Shown: piece by piece, positions 10,058-19,503 of the stretch
Layout: each line of letters starts with the position of its first letter
Numbering within the stretch: the stretch's first letter is position 1
Assembly: GCA_963758295.1 (NCBI GenBank)
Contig: CAVWUU010000001.1
Location: forward strand, 192,001 to 256,000
From: Candidatus Eremiobacteria bacterium
Lineage (GTDB): Bacteria; Vulcanimicrobiota; Vulcanimicrobiia; Vulcanimicrobiales; Vulcanimicrobiaceae
Reading direction: 5' to 3'
DNA length: 64,000 nucleotides
Translations under genes and position numbers: made by a program
Notes under the pieces: model-generated
Told to the model about the DNA's origin: nothing
The model's input: only the letters and a program-made list of their open reading frames with translations
Database searches by the model: none

Positions 10058-11829
10058 CTAGCGTAACGAAACGGGTTTCATGCGGCGGACTGCGTGGAAA
10101 TGATGCGGGCGAAACGGCCGAGTTGATGGGCTGGGTGAACCGCCGGCGCGACCACGGCGGACTGATTTTCGTCGATCTGCGCGATCGTGACGGTGTCACG
10201 CAAATCGTCTTCGACCCGCAGCATCCGAGTTTCAAAGACGCCGAGCATCTGCGCCATGAAGACGTGTTGCGCGTGCGCGGTTCCGTGCGCCGCCGTCCGG
10301 AGGGCACGGAAAATCCCAAGCTCGCCACCGGTGAGATCGAAGTCGGCATCGATTTTCTTGAAATCTTGAATCGCTCGCAGGTTCCGCCGTTTCAAGTAAA
10401 CAGCGACGAGCCGGTTGACGAAAATCTGCGGCTGGAATACCGCTACCTCGATCTTCGCCGCCCGCGCATGCAACGCAATATTCGATTGCGACACAAGGCC
10501 ATCAAAGCCATGCGCGATTTCTTCGACGATCGCGGCTTTATCGAAATCGAAACGCCCATGCTCATCAAGAGCACGCCGGAAGGCGCGCGCGATTATCTCG
10601 TGCCGTCGCGCCTGCATGCGGGAACGTTCTACGCGTTGCCGCAGTCGCCGCAGCTGCTGAAGCAAATTTCGATGATCGCCGGGTTCGGCCGTTACATGCA
10701 AATCGCGCGCTGCATGCGCGACGAAGATTTGCGCGCCGATCGTCAACCCGAATTCACCCAAGTCGACGTCGAGCTATCGTTCTGCACGCAAGAAGAGGTG
10801 CTGGAAACGATGGAGTCGGCGATCCGGTACGTTTGGAAGAGCGTTCTCGACGTCGATCTTGCGCCGTTCCCGCGTTTGAAGCACGAAGAAGCGCTCGTGA
10901 AATACGGGGTCGACAAGCCGGACCTGCGCTTCGGGCTGGAACTTCAGGAAGTAAACGGCGTCTTTGCCGGGACCGATTTCGTCGTCTTCAAGTCGGTGAT
11001 CGAAAGCGGCGGCGCGATCGTCGCTCTGCGCTATCCCGGCGGCGCCTCCTTGTCGCGGCGTGATTTCGATGCGCTCACCGAAGACGCGAAGCAATTCGGC
11101 GGCAAGGGCATGGTGTGGGTCGCGCTGGGCGCGGACGGCGTTAAATCGTCGGCACAGAAGTTCATCGGCGAAGACCATATTGCGAAACTTCGTGCCGCGA
11201 CCGGTTCGGAAACCGGCGATGCGATGCTGCTCTTTGCCGACGCGCGCTCCGTATCGCTTCCGGTTGCCGGCAAAATGCGCAACCTCGTCGGCGAACGCTG
11301 CGGCTTGCGCGATCCGAACGCATTCGCATTTTGCTGGGTGCTCGACTTTCCGTATCTGGAAATTGACGAAGAAACAGGCAAACCCGCACCGGCGCACCAT
11401 CCGTTCACGTCGCCGGGCGAAGATCAGTGGGAGCTCATCGATACGGATCCGCTCAAGATGCGCGCGCAGCATTACGACATGGTCCTCAACGGCTTCGAAC
11501 TAGGCTCGGGCTCTATCCGCATTCACAAGCCGGACCAACAGCGCAAAATTTTCGAAATGCTCGGCATGACGCCCGAGCAGATCGAAGAGCGGTTCGGCTT
11601 CTTCGTTCGTGCCCTCGACTACGGCGCGCCGCCGCACGGCGGCATGGCGCTCGGCGTCGACCGCATAGTGATGCTGATGGCCGGCGAGGAAAACATCCGC
11701 GAAGTGATCGCTTATCCGAAGAACCAGGTCGGCCGCGACCTGATGATGGACGCGCCCACGACGGTGCCGGAGCCCCTCTTGCGGGATCTTTACCTGCGGA
11801 GCACGGCCCCGGAGGCGAACGGCCGATAA
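10054..11829 (+). CDS. aspS: aspartate--tRNA ligase (likely non-discriminating Asp/Asn)
   Basis: RRRDHGGLIFVDLRD, STPEGARDY, QSPQLLKQ, DRQPEFTQ and APPHGG motifs. Confidence 0.97.
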   Translation: MTSVTKRVSCGGLRGNDAGETAELMGWVNRRRDHGGLIFVDLRDRDGVTQIVFDPQHPSFKDAEHLRHEDVLRVRGSVRRRPEGTENPKLATGEIEVGIDFLEILNRSQVPPFQVNSDEPVDENLRLEYRYLDLRRPRMQRNIRLRHKAIKAMRDFFDDRGFIEIETPMLIKSTPEGARDYLVPSRLHAGTFYALPQSPQLLKQISMIAGFGRYMQIARCMRDEDLRADRQPEFTQVDVELSFCTQEEVLETMESAIRYVWKSVLDVDLAPFPRLKHEEALVKYGVDKPDLRFGLELQEVNGVFAGTDFVVFKSVIESGGAIVALRYPGGASLSRRDFDALTEDAKQFGGKGMVWVALGADGVKSSAQKFIGEDHIAKLRAATGSETGDAMLLFADARSVSLPVAGKMRNLVGERCGLRDPNAFAFCWVLDFPYLEIDEETGKPAPAHHPFTSPGEDQWELIDTDPLKMRAQHYDMVLNGFELGSGSIRIHKPDQQRKIFEMLGMTPEQIEERFGFFVRALDYGAPPHGGMALGVDRIVMLMAGEENIREVIAYPKNQVGRDLMMDAPTTVPEPLLRDLYLRSTAPEANGR

Positions 11830-11836
11830 CGGAAGC

Positions 11837-12211
11837 GTGGGAGTTCGACTCGTGTTTTCTCGCGCGCTGATGGTCCTGGTCGCCGGCGCCAGCCTGCTTG
11901 CCGCCGGGCGACCGGCGGCTGCCGCGACGCTCGGTCCGGCGTGCACGGACTTCGTTCAAAAGGGCGACGGCGTTGCCATTCACGTGTTTTTCGCGAAAAA
12001 CGGCGCCGTTCAACGGTACGACGTGCTATCGGCGCACGGCAATCCGGAATCGGAAAATCAACTGCGGCTCGCCCTCGAGCGGACGTATGGACCGGCCGGT
12101 GTGAATGCGCCTCCGGTGCAGATCGTTTCGTTCAAGCGGGCGAAATCAGGCGGCCTGATGATTCCGGATAAGGCGGTCGACTCGTGCGGACGCACTTCTT
12201 CGTTCCTGTAG
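11837..12211 (+). CDS. small exported hypothetical protein (TonB-C-like, DSCGR motif)
   Basis: N-terminal signal peptide ending AAAA; two Cys; directly after aspS. Confidence 0.6.
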   Translation: MGVRLVFSRALMVLVAGASLLAAGRPAAAATLGPACTDFVQKGDGVAIHVFFAKNGAVQRYDVLSAHGNPESENQLRLALERTYGPAGVNAPPVQIVSFKRAKSGGLMIPDKAVDSCGRTSSFL

Positions 12212-12561
12212 TTCTCTTATCGCTCGCGGCGTGCGGCGCTCAGAAGTCCGGCACCGCGCAATCCGCCGCGTCGGCATCGCCGGCTCCGCTTCAGGCATGT
12301 GAAACGCGAGAACTGACGCTCGACAACGTCGACCTGATGCTGCAGGCGAATATCGATGGAACGCCCGCTTCGATTACGATCGTGCGTGCACCGGACCGCG
12401 ACGCGCAAGATAAAGCGGTCGAAGAAGCGCGCAAATTGTTTGGTGTAGCGCGTCCGGATACGCGGACGATGACGCATCAAAGCAAATGGGGCATCGTAGA
12501 AATTACAGACCCGTGCGGACGGCCTGTTACGGCGCCTTCAGCAACGCCTTCGCCCGCGTAA
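12184..12561 (+). CDS. hypothetical lipoprotein (DPCGR motif)
   Basis: Lipobox LAAC, Ala/Ser/Pro linker, two further Cys. Confidence 0.6.
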   Translation: MRTHFFVPVVLLSLAACGAQKSGTAQSAASASPAPLQACETRELTLDNVDLMLQANIDGTPASITIVRAPDRDAQDKAVEEARKLFGVARPDTRTMTHQSKWGIVEITDPCGRPVTAPSATPSPA

Positions 12562-13222
12562 AGATCGCATCGAACATCGCCACGGTCAACAGGCCCGTGT
12601 TGGTATTCTGCCGGCTCGGGTGGTACGTGCCGATCAACGTCACCGTCCGTTCGCCTTTTTGCGCTTTGAATTCGGCAGCGTGACCAAAGACCGGTTTCCG
12701 GTCGAAGGCGAAGCCACGCTGAGCCAGCACGCTAGCAATCGCATCGAAGCCGATCCTTCCCAAACCGATCGCTACTTCGAGTTGCGGCATTGCCTCGAAT
12801 TCTTCGAGCAAATACGGTGCGCAATTTCGCAACTGCTGCGGGGTCGGCTTATTCTGCGGCGGGGCACAACGTCCGGCGGCCGTGATCATACAATCATTCA
12901 ACCGCATCCCATCATCGCGATCGCGTGCATTGGGTTGCGACGCAAAACCGGCGCGATAGAGCGCGGGATACAGGAAGTCGCCCGAGGCATCACCGGTGAA
13001 CGAGCGTCCGGTGCGATTGCTCCCGTGTGCACCCGGCGCAAGGCCGACGAGCAGCACGCGTGCATTAGGATCTCCGAATGCCGGAACCGGCTTTCCCCAA
13101 TAGGCTTCTTGCGCGTAGGCGCGCCGCTTTTCACGCGCAACGGTCGCACAATACTCACGCAACTCGGGGCAGCGTTTGCACGCGATCACCGCTCGCTCGA
13201 TACTCTTCAACGATTTCGGCAT
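12527..13222 (-). CDS. uracil-DNA glycosylase, family 5 (UdgB-like, 4Fe-4S)
   Basis: CxxC, GLAPGAHGSNRTGRSFTGD, CAPP.NKP and YHPS motifs. Confidence 0.88.
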   Translation of the reverse strand: MPKSLKSIERAVIACKRCPELREYCATVAREKRRAYAQEAYWGKPVPAFGDPNARVLLVGLAPGAHGSNRTGRSFTGDASGDFLYPALYRAGFASQPNARDRDDGMRLNDCMITAAGRCAPPQNKPTPQQLRNCAPYLLEEFEAMPQLEVAIGLGRIGFDAIASVLAQRGFAFDRKPVFGHAAEFKAQKGERTVTLIGTYHPSRQNTNTGLLTVAMFDAIFTRAKALLKAP

Positions 13223-13223
13223 G

Positions 13224-14117
13224 CTATAGATCGATTTGCGCTTCGGACATGAAGGTGATGAACTGTTGCGCCGACGGGCCGTACGAGGCGCGACGCATTA
13301 CCAGTGACATGCGGCGTACGACCGGATGGGGTGCAAGCGACATCAGCGCGACGTTCGGCCCCGGCGTATTGCCGAGCGTTCGCGGAAAAAGCGCGATACC
13401 CAGCCGTTCGGCAACCAGCGATCGTACCGTTAGGGAATCGGCGCTTTCAAAGGCGACACGCGGCTGGAACCCGGCGCGTTGCGCAAGCGCGAACAGTCGC
13501 TGCGTCATCGTGGATCCGGGACGAAAAATCACGAACGGCTCCTCGCGCAGTTCCTCCATGCGTACCGACGAACGGGACGCGAGTGGATGCGACGCGGCTA
13601 CGGCGATGGCAAGTTCGTCTTCGTAAAGCGGAACGTTCTCGAACTCGACGCGGCCGGGGGCCGATGCGTCGCCGAGATCGCCGACGAACACGTCGATGGC
13701 GCCGTCGCGCAGCCCGGAAAGCAAATCGTCGGCCATGCCCTCGCGCAGCGCGACTTCGATGCCGGGATGAAGCGCGTGAAAGCGACCCAGCAGCTTCGGA
13801 AGCGTATATTCCGCGAACGACTGATAGGCGCCGACGACTACGCGGCCACGGAGGCCGCCTGCATAGGCGGTCATCTCTTCGGCGGTTGCCTCAACCTCGG
13901 AGAGGATGCGTTCCGCGCGCGCTACGAACGTGCGCCCGGCGTCGGTGAGAGCGACCCTCCGGTTCGTCCGCTCGAAGAGCCGCACGCCGAGCTCGGACTC
14001 AAGCGCCGCGACCTGCTGGGAAAGAGCCGGCTGGGCGACCGTGAGTGCCTCGGCCGCCTTCGTGAAACTCAGGCGCTTGGCGATGGCGACGGCATAACGA
14101 AGGTGGCGCAACTCCAT
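13224..14117 (-). CDS. LysR family transcriptional regulator
   Basis: MELRHLRY..SFTKAAEAL.VAQPALSQQV..LE.ELGVRLFER HTH; start set at 14117; divergent from an MFS gene. Confidence 0.93.
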   Translation of the reverse strand: MELRHLRYAVAIAKRLSFTKAAEALTVAQPALSQQVAALESELGVRLFERTNRRVALTDAGRTFVARAERILSEVEATAEEMTAYAGGLRGRVVVGAYQSFAEYTLPKLLGRFHALHPGIEVALREGMADDLLSGLRDGAIDVFVGDLGDASAPGRVEFENVPLYEDELAIAVAASHPLASRSSVRMEELREEPFVIFRPGSTMTQRLFALAQRAGFQPRVAFESADSLTVRSLVAERLGIALFPRTLGNTPGPNVALMSLAPHPVVRRMSLVMRRASYGPSAQQFITFMSEAQIDL

Positions 14118-14192
14118 AGATGCATTTATCTTATCAAATCGAGCGGAATAATCTATTAGACTTATGCATGTTGCCATGCGAAGATAAAACCC

Positions 14193-15404
14193 ATGGCCGT
14201 AGCAACCACTTCTGCCCCCGCTTCGCTTGCGGAGGGGGCCGACCGACGCGGGATCACGCTTCTCACCGTGGCTCACCTCATGAACGACGCGAATCAGAGC
14301 GCGCTCCCGGCCATCATTCCATGGCTCGTCGCCCATCGGGGGCTATCTTTGGCGGTGGCCGCCACGCTCGTGCTGGCTATGAACCTCTCGTCATCGATCG
14401 TCCAGCCGCTCTTTGGCCATATGTCCGACCGGCGATCGCTCGCATGGGTCATCCCGACGTCCTTACTGGTGGCAACTTTTGGCACCGCACTCATCGGCCT
14501 GGCATCGTCGCTTCCCATGATGCTGGCCGGCGCTCTTGTCTCGGGGATCGGCGTTGCGGCCTTCCATCCGGAAGGGTCGCGGTTCTCCAATTACTTCGCA
14601 GGGCCCAAGCGCGCGTCGGGCATGAGCTGGTTTACCTTGGGCGGCTACCTCGGCTTTGCCATGGGACCGATCGCCGTTACGCCGCTGATTCTGGCCTTCG
14701 GGTTGCACGGCACAGCCCTGCTATTGATCCCGGCGATCGCGGTTTTCGCCCTCGTTTGGCGCGAACTGCCGCGGTTCGAGGAAGCGCGGCGCGTGGCGCA
14801 TCGCGCGCACCGCGAACGTGCCGGCGACGACGATTGGCGTGGATTTTCCGTGCTTACCGGCGTCGTGGCGCTGCGTTCGATGACGTTTCTCGCCGCGGTG
14901 ACGTTCACGCCGATTTTCGCTATCCGCGTCGCGCATGTGGATGCAACGCTTGCCTCGATGGCTCTTGCCGCCCTCCTGTTCGGAGGCGCGTTCGGCACGG
15001 TCTTCGGCGGACGAATCGCCGATCGCATCGACCGGCGTTACGTTGTGTCCATTTCGCTTGTCCTCACGACGCTTTTCGCGGTTGCCGTCGCCGCAGCGGG
15101 CTCGCACGCTCCTTATTACGGATTGATCGTTGCGCTTGCGGTCTGCCTCGGAATTTCGCTCGGTCTTTCGGCCGGCGTCATCGTCGTCATCGGTCAGGAG
15201 TATCTTCCGAAGCGGATCGGCGTTGCGTCGGGCGTTACGCTCGGGCTTGCGGTCACGATCGGCGGTCTCGCCGCGCCTTTCTTCGGCTGGATCGGCGACC
15301 GCTACGGTCTCGTTACCGTGTTCTTTATGATCGCGTTTTTTGCGGTGCTTTCGATGGCAGGCTCCCTTGTAATGCCCAAGCCGAAGGCGCTCGCGAAAGC
15401 GTAA
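14193..15404 (+). CDS. MFS transporter, Fsr (fosmidomycin resistance)-like
   Basis: HLMND, QPLFGHMSDRR, AAFHPEG and GGRIADRIDRR motifs; about 12 TM segments. Confidence 0.85.
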   Translation: MAVATTSAPASLAEGADRRGITLLTVAHLMNDANQSALPAIIPWLVAHRGLSLAVAATLVLAMNLSSSIVQPLFGHMSDRRSLAWVIPTSLLVATFGTALIGLASSLPMMLAGALVSGIGVAAFHPEGSRFSNYFAGPKRASGMSWFTLGGYLGFAMGPIAVTPLILAFGLHGTALLLIPAIAVFALVWRELPRFEEARRVAHRAHRERAGDDDWRGFSVLTGVVALRSMTFLAAVTFTPIFAIRVAHVDATLASMALAALLFGGAFGTVFGGRIADRIDRRYVVSISLVLTTLFAVAVAAAGSHAPYYGLIVALAVCLGISLGLSAGVIVVIGQEYLPKRIGVASGVTLGLAVTIGGLAAPFFGWIGDRYGLVTVFFMIAFFAVLSMAGSLVMPKPKALAKA

Positions 15405-15435
15405 CTCCGGCTGACCAACGTCCGTTGTAAAAGCG

Positions 15436-15963
15436 TCACGTCAGGCCGGGGAAGTCCAGAGCGGCGAGCGCGCCATAAGTAGCAATTCCGACGGCGGTAG
15501 CGAGGTTGATGCTACGCACGCTGTCCTGACGCATGGGAATACGCAACGCTCGGTCAGGATTTTCCGACACCAGCGCCGACGGTAAGCCTTTCGTTTCTTT
15601 CCCGAAGACCAACATGTCGCCCCACGAAAACGACGCCTTCGGGTACGTGCGCGTCGCGTGCGTCGAGAAATACCAGCGATTGAACGATGCGGTCGTCTCC
15701 AGAAAGGCCTCGAGCGACGAGTGCATCACCACGCCCAAAGCGTGCCAGTAATCGAGACCTGCTCGTTTCAACTCACGATCGTCGATGCGAAAGCCAAGCG
15801 GCTCGACGAGGTGCAGAGCGCATCCGGTCGCCGCGCACAATCGCGCGACGTTGCCGGTGTTCGGCGGAATTTCCGGCTCGACAAGCACGATATGCAGCGG
15901 CGCGTCGCGCATCTCATCGAGCGCGCGAACGCGTTCGTGCGGTTGTGCGGACGGCGAGGTCAT
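15436..15963 (-). CDS. trmL: tRNA (cytidine(34)-2'-O)-methyltransferase
   Basis: PEIPPNTGN, RAGLDYW, FGKETKGLP and RSINLA SPOUT motifs. Confidence 0.93.
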   Translation of the reverse strand: MTSPSAQPHERVRALDEMRDAPLHIVLVEPEIPPNTGNVARLCAATGCALHLVEPLGFRIDDRELKRAGLDYWHALGVVMHSSLEAFLETTASFNRWYFSTHATRTYPKASFSWGDMLVFGKETKGLPSALVSENPDRALRIPMRQDSVRSINLATAVGIATYGALAALDFPGLT

Positions 15964-16823
15964 ACGGGGCTAGCCAGAACGTCGGCATAATCTACGCCAT
16001 TCGGCGCGATGACGTAGGCAAGACCGTCGTTGCGCTGCCACAGCGCTTCAATTGCTTGTCGCCGATACACCACCCGTACTGCGGGTGCCGCAGGATCGTT
16101 GATCGCGCAGTCGCCGCTCGCCGTGAACCCGCACAACACGGCCAGATGCCCGTCCGAGCGTTCGAGCGGCGCGCCGGGAAGTTCCCCTTTGCCCCACGAG
16201 TACGAGAGCACGACCGGAATATTGCGCTCGATCAACCGCTGCGCGTGATCGAGATTTTGCAAGAATGCCACCGTGGCGCGCAGCCCTAAGCTTCCGCTGT
16301 GCGCAACGTTAAAGGCCCAATTTCCCGTGCCGTTATAGGCGGCGTCCATGACCGCTCGTGCGGTATCTTCTACGTTTTCGCTGATGCCGTGATAGGCATT
16401 TACCATCGAGAGGCTCGTCGGACTGCACCAGCCGCGTTCTTTGTCCACGATGTACTGCGAGCGCGCGGGCACGTCCAGAATGATTGCATCGCGTGCGTAC
16501 GGCAGCGACGGCTGTTTGCGCACCGGCGTCGCGAACGAAACGAGGTTGAAGTCGACGCCGTCCGCCTGCACTTCAACACCGTCAAAAGGCTGATCGCTGC
16601 GGATCAAGTCCACCTCGACTTTGACGCGGTCGCGATCGCTCTCCGCGCTGAAAGACTTGCGCCCGTGCGGATGCCACTCGGCGTAGTCATACCAGGTGCT
16701 CGACGGTGCATGCGCGCGCAGCAAGCGAAAGCGAATTCGTCCTTGCGGCTCGTAGGTGTTCCAGCTTATGACACCCATGCGCGCGGGTTCGAAGTAAAGC
16801 TGCGCAGACTCGCGGACGTTCAC
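15960..16823 (-). CDS. peptidase C39-like (papain-fold) protein
   Basis: RSQY...WCSPTSLSM (Cys), DGHLAV (His) and NDPA (Asp); start set at GTG 16823. Confidence 0.75.
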   Translation of the reverse strand: MNVRESAQLYFEPARMGVISWNTYEPQGRIRFRLLRAHAPSSTWYDYAEWHPHGRKSFSAESDRDRVKVEVDLIRSDQPFDGVEVQADGVDFNLVSFATPVRKQPSLPYARDAIILDVPARSQYIVDKERGWCSPTSLSMVNAYHGISENVEDTARAVMDAAYNGTGNWAFNVAHSGSLGLRATVAFLQNLDHAQRLIERNIPVVLSYSWGKGELPGAPLERSDGHLAVLCGFTASGDCAINDPAAPAVRVVYRRQAIEALWQRNDGLAYVIAPNGVDYADVLASPV

Positions 16824-16840
16824 CGCTTGCGCGTAGCTAG

Positions 16841-18451
16841 TTAAATCTGCCACTCCCATGCGTTCCACGTGTCGGCCAAGAATGCCGCCGGTTTGAACCC
16901 TTTCATGTCGGTGTTGACCCCGTAATACGAGGTTTCCCAATAGAAGAAAACGGCGGGAACGACCTCGCGCAAACGCGCTTCTTCCCGCTGGTAGAGCGCC
17001 TTGCGCTCGCTTTGATCGAATGTCGCCGACGCAGCGGCGCTCGTTTGGTCCACAATCGGATCGCGGAGCCACGACGTATTCGAGCCGTTCGGGGGAATGA
17101 ACGCCGAGTTCCAGCTTCCGGCATTGTCGGGATCCGGGCCGTTGGTATCGATCGACCACTCGAGATCGTACTTGCCGGTGTAAAGCGGCCCGTTCTGCGC
17201 GAACATCAGACTCGAGGGATAGTTGTGAATCGTCACGTCGAATCCCAGCGTCTTGAGCATCGACTGCATCACGACTTCGGACTGTTCGTTGCTCTTTGCG
17301 CTGTTCGTAGCCGAAAGACTCACGTGCATCGCAAGCGCACCCTTGTGCAAAACGCCGTCCGCACCCCTATGCCAGCCGGCTTGCGCAAGTAAAGCCTGTG
17401 CTCGCTGGGGATCGTAACGGTACGCCTCCAGTTTCGGAGCAGCCCAAGATTCCGGATACACGTCGGAAACGGCGAGTTGATTGTATCCGTGGTAAACGCT
17501 GTCGTTGATCCGCTTCCAATCGATCCCGAAGGCAATCGCCCGGCGAACGCGGGCATCGCTGAGTTGCGGGCGGCTCGTGTTGATGCCCAAATGGCGCCAA
17601 TTCGCGACCGTGCGATGCAACACGTTAATGCCGGAAATGTTTCCTAAGCGAGCAACGGCGTTGGAGTCGACGGCCGGATAGACGTCGATTTCGTGCGTCT
17701 GCAGCTGGTTGAACAACGTGTTCGTATCCGGTACGATTTTCCAAATGAGTTGTTTGAGTTTCGGCGCTCCCCGGAAGTAGTATGGGTTCGGTTCAAAAAC
17801 GAGCGAAGCTCCGCGCGACCACGATTTCAGGACGTATGGACCGCTGGAGATGGGCGCGCTGTTGAACTCCGCGGTGTTTAAGTCCCGAACGTTCGCTAAA
17901 ACGTGCGCCGGCAGCGGCGGATAAGCTGCGCCGCCCATCGTCAGGACGCCCATTGCCGCGACGCTTGGTTTCTTCAAACGAATGACCAGCGTGTACGGGT
18001 CGGGAGCTTTCGCCGACGCTATATCGTCCCACCCATAGCGCGTTTTCGTATTATTGTGCGGATCGCGTACGGCATTGTACGTGAAGAGCCAGTCTTTCGC
18101 CGTTACCGCAGCGCCGTCGGACCATCGAGCGTTCTTACGAAGATGAAGCGTAATCGTGCGCTGATCGCGGCTTATGCCACCGTTTTGGAGCGTCGGCACG
18201 GCGGTTGCGAGATCCGGGATATAATTTCCGTCGGCATCGAAGCGCAGCAGAAAAGAAAAAAGCAGCGCGCTCACTTCATCGGTGGCGGCGTTGTGCCCAA
18301 ACATTAGATTCAAACTATCGGGTTCTTGCTGTTCACCAAGACGCAGCACGCCGGGTGTGGTCCAGGGATTATGTCCGTTTGCACCGCCGCCGGTTTTCGT
18401 GCACGCTGCAAGCATCAGCGCTGCGAGAGCGGCAGCCCACCGTTTCGTCAC
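16841..18451 (-). CDS. peptide ABC transporter substrate-binding lipoprotein (family 5)
   Basis: Lipobox LAAC, PDLA..VPT.QNGGIS, WSDG, SSGPY and RVRRAI motifs. Confidence 0.88.
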   Translation of the reverse strand: MTKRWAAALAALMLAACTKTGGGANGHNPWTTPGVLRLGEQQEPDSLNLMFGHNAATDEVSALLFSFLLRFDADGNYIPDLATAVPTLQNGGISRDQRTITLHLRKNARWSDGAAVTAKDWLFTYNAVRDPHNNTKTRYGWDDIASAKAPDPYTLVIRLKKPSVAAMGVLTMGGAAYPPLPAHVLANVRDLNTAEFNSAPISSGPYVLKSWSRGASLVFEPNPYYFRGAPKLKQLIWKIVPDTNTLFNQLQTHEIDVYPAVDSNAVARLGNISGINVLHRTVANWRHLGINTSRPQLSDARVRRAIAFGIDWKRINDSVYHGYNQLAVSDVYPESWAAPKLEAYRYDPQRAQALLAQAGWHRGADGVLHKGALAMHVSLSATNSAKSNEQSEVVMQSMLKTLGFDVTIHNYPSSLMFAQNGPLYTGKYDLEWSIDTNGPDPDNAGSWNSAFIPPNGSNTSWLRDPIVDQTSAAASATFDQSERKALYQREEARLREVVPAVFFYWETSYYGVNTDMKGFKPAAFLADTWNAWEWQI

Positions 18452-19503
18452 GCGCGCAGCGGCTCGGTACGGCGTATTTTGGGTGCGATCGCGGCGTATA
18501 GCCCGTGCGGGCCGCTCCGAACGACGTCGTCCACCGGCAGCTGCGTCTCGACTTTAGCGCGTTCGATTTCCGCCGTCGCCTGCTCCGCGGAAAGCGTACG
18601 GGTATTGAGTGCAATGCCTACCACACGCGCCGGCTTGACGGTTGCGAGCAAGGCTTCGTGAATGCGAATCAACTCGCGGTACCGGAGCGCCGGCGTTTGA
18701 AAGCCGGACACACTCTCAAGCAATGGGTCGCAAACAAGAATAAGCGCATCCGGTGCGCTTCCGTACATCAAGGACAGCGTGACGGGTGCGTATGCCGGAT
18801 GGTTGATGCTGCCTTGTCCTTCGACCACGATTAACCCGGGCTTCGATTCGGCCGCATGCAGCACGAGCTGCTCCGTTGCACCCGGCGCGAAGTCCGCAAT
18901 CACACGATCGATCGAAATGCCCCACCCGGCAATCATGATGCCGGTTTGTCCCGTTGGGACGAACGCCGCGCGGGTTCCGGCTTCTTCGGCCGCACGAACG
19001 AGTTCGAGTGCGACCGTCATCTTGCCGACGGCGCAATCGTTGCCGACCATCAAAAGCGTCGGTGCTTCAACGTCGTACACGGCTCCGGAAAAGAGCGGTA
19101 TCGCGGGAGGTTTGCGCACGTCCCAGATCCGGCGCCGCTCTTTTGCGCGATCGCCTGAAATTCGCGGATCCTCGCCGAGCATGTCGTGCAAGCCGTTCAC
19201 GAGTTCCAAGCCGCTTTCGAGTCCGCGTCGGACTTCGGCTCGCCAGCTTTCCGGCAGCGCTCCGCCTTGCGGCGCCGTTCCTATCAGCAGCGACGTCGGT
19301 TCGTATTGCATGGCGTCGCCGACGTTCGCAACGATCGGCGCATCGCTCTTTAGATGAGGCAAGACCTCGCGCACGCTGCGTCCCGCGCACTCGGGATCGA
19401 CCACCGCAACGGTTTCGTCGTTTCCATAGGCGATCACGCCGTGCGCCGTTTTCGCATCATCGGCGAAATGTTGCGGTGCGAGAATGGCATACCGCCGTTT
19501 CAC
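18448..19503 (-). CDS. DUF1611 domain protein (DgcN-like D-glutamate N-acetyltransferase)
   Basis: KTAHGV, NGLH, DCAVGKMT, TGQTG, DFAPGATE and EGQGS..HPAY motifs. Confidence 0.85.
   Translation of the reverse strand: MKRRYAILAPQHFADDAKTAHGVIAYGNDETVAVVDPECAGRSVREVLPHLKSDAPIVANVGDAMQYEPTSLLIGTAPQGGALPESWRAEVRRGLESGLELVNGLHDMLGEDPRISGDRAKERRRIWDVRKPPAIPLFSGAVYDVEAPTLLMVGNDCAVGKMTVALELVRAAEEAGTRAAFVPTGQTGIMIAGWGISIDRVIADFAPGATEQLVLHAAESKPGLIVVEGQGSINHPAYAPVTLSLMYGSAPDALILVCDPLLESVSGFQTPALRYRELIRIHEALLATVKPARVVGIALNTRTLSAEQATAEIERAKVETQLPVDDVVRSGPHGLYAAIAPKIRRTEPLRA

Noticed and set aside
13224..14336. N-terminal extensions in the ORF track (LysR, C39 peptidase, epimerase, upp, WecA, murA, YyaL, polymerase)
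   Set aside because: They overlap neighbouring genes; downstream starts match the family N-termini
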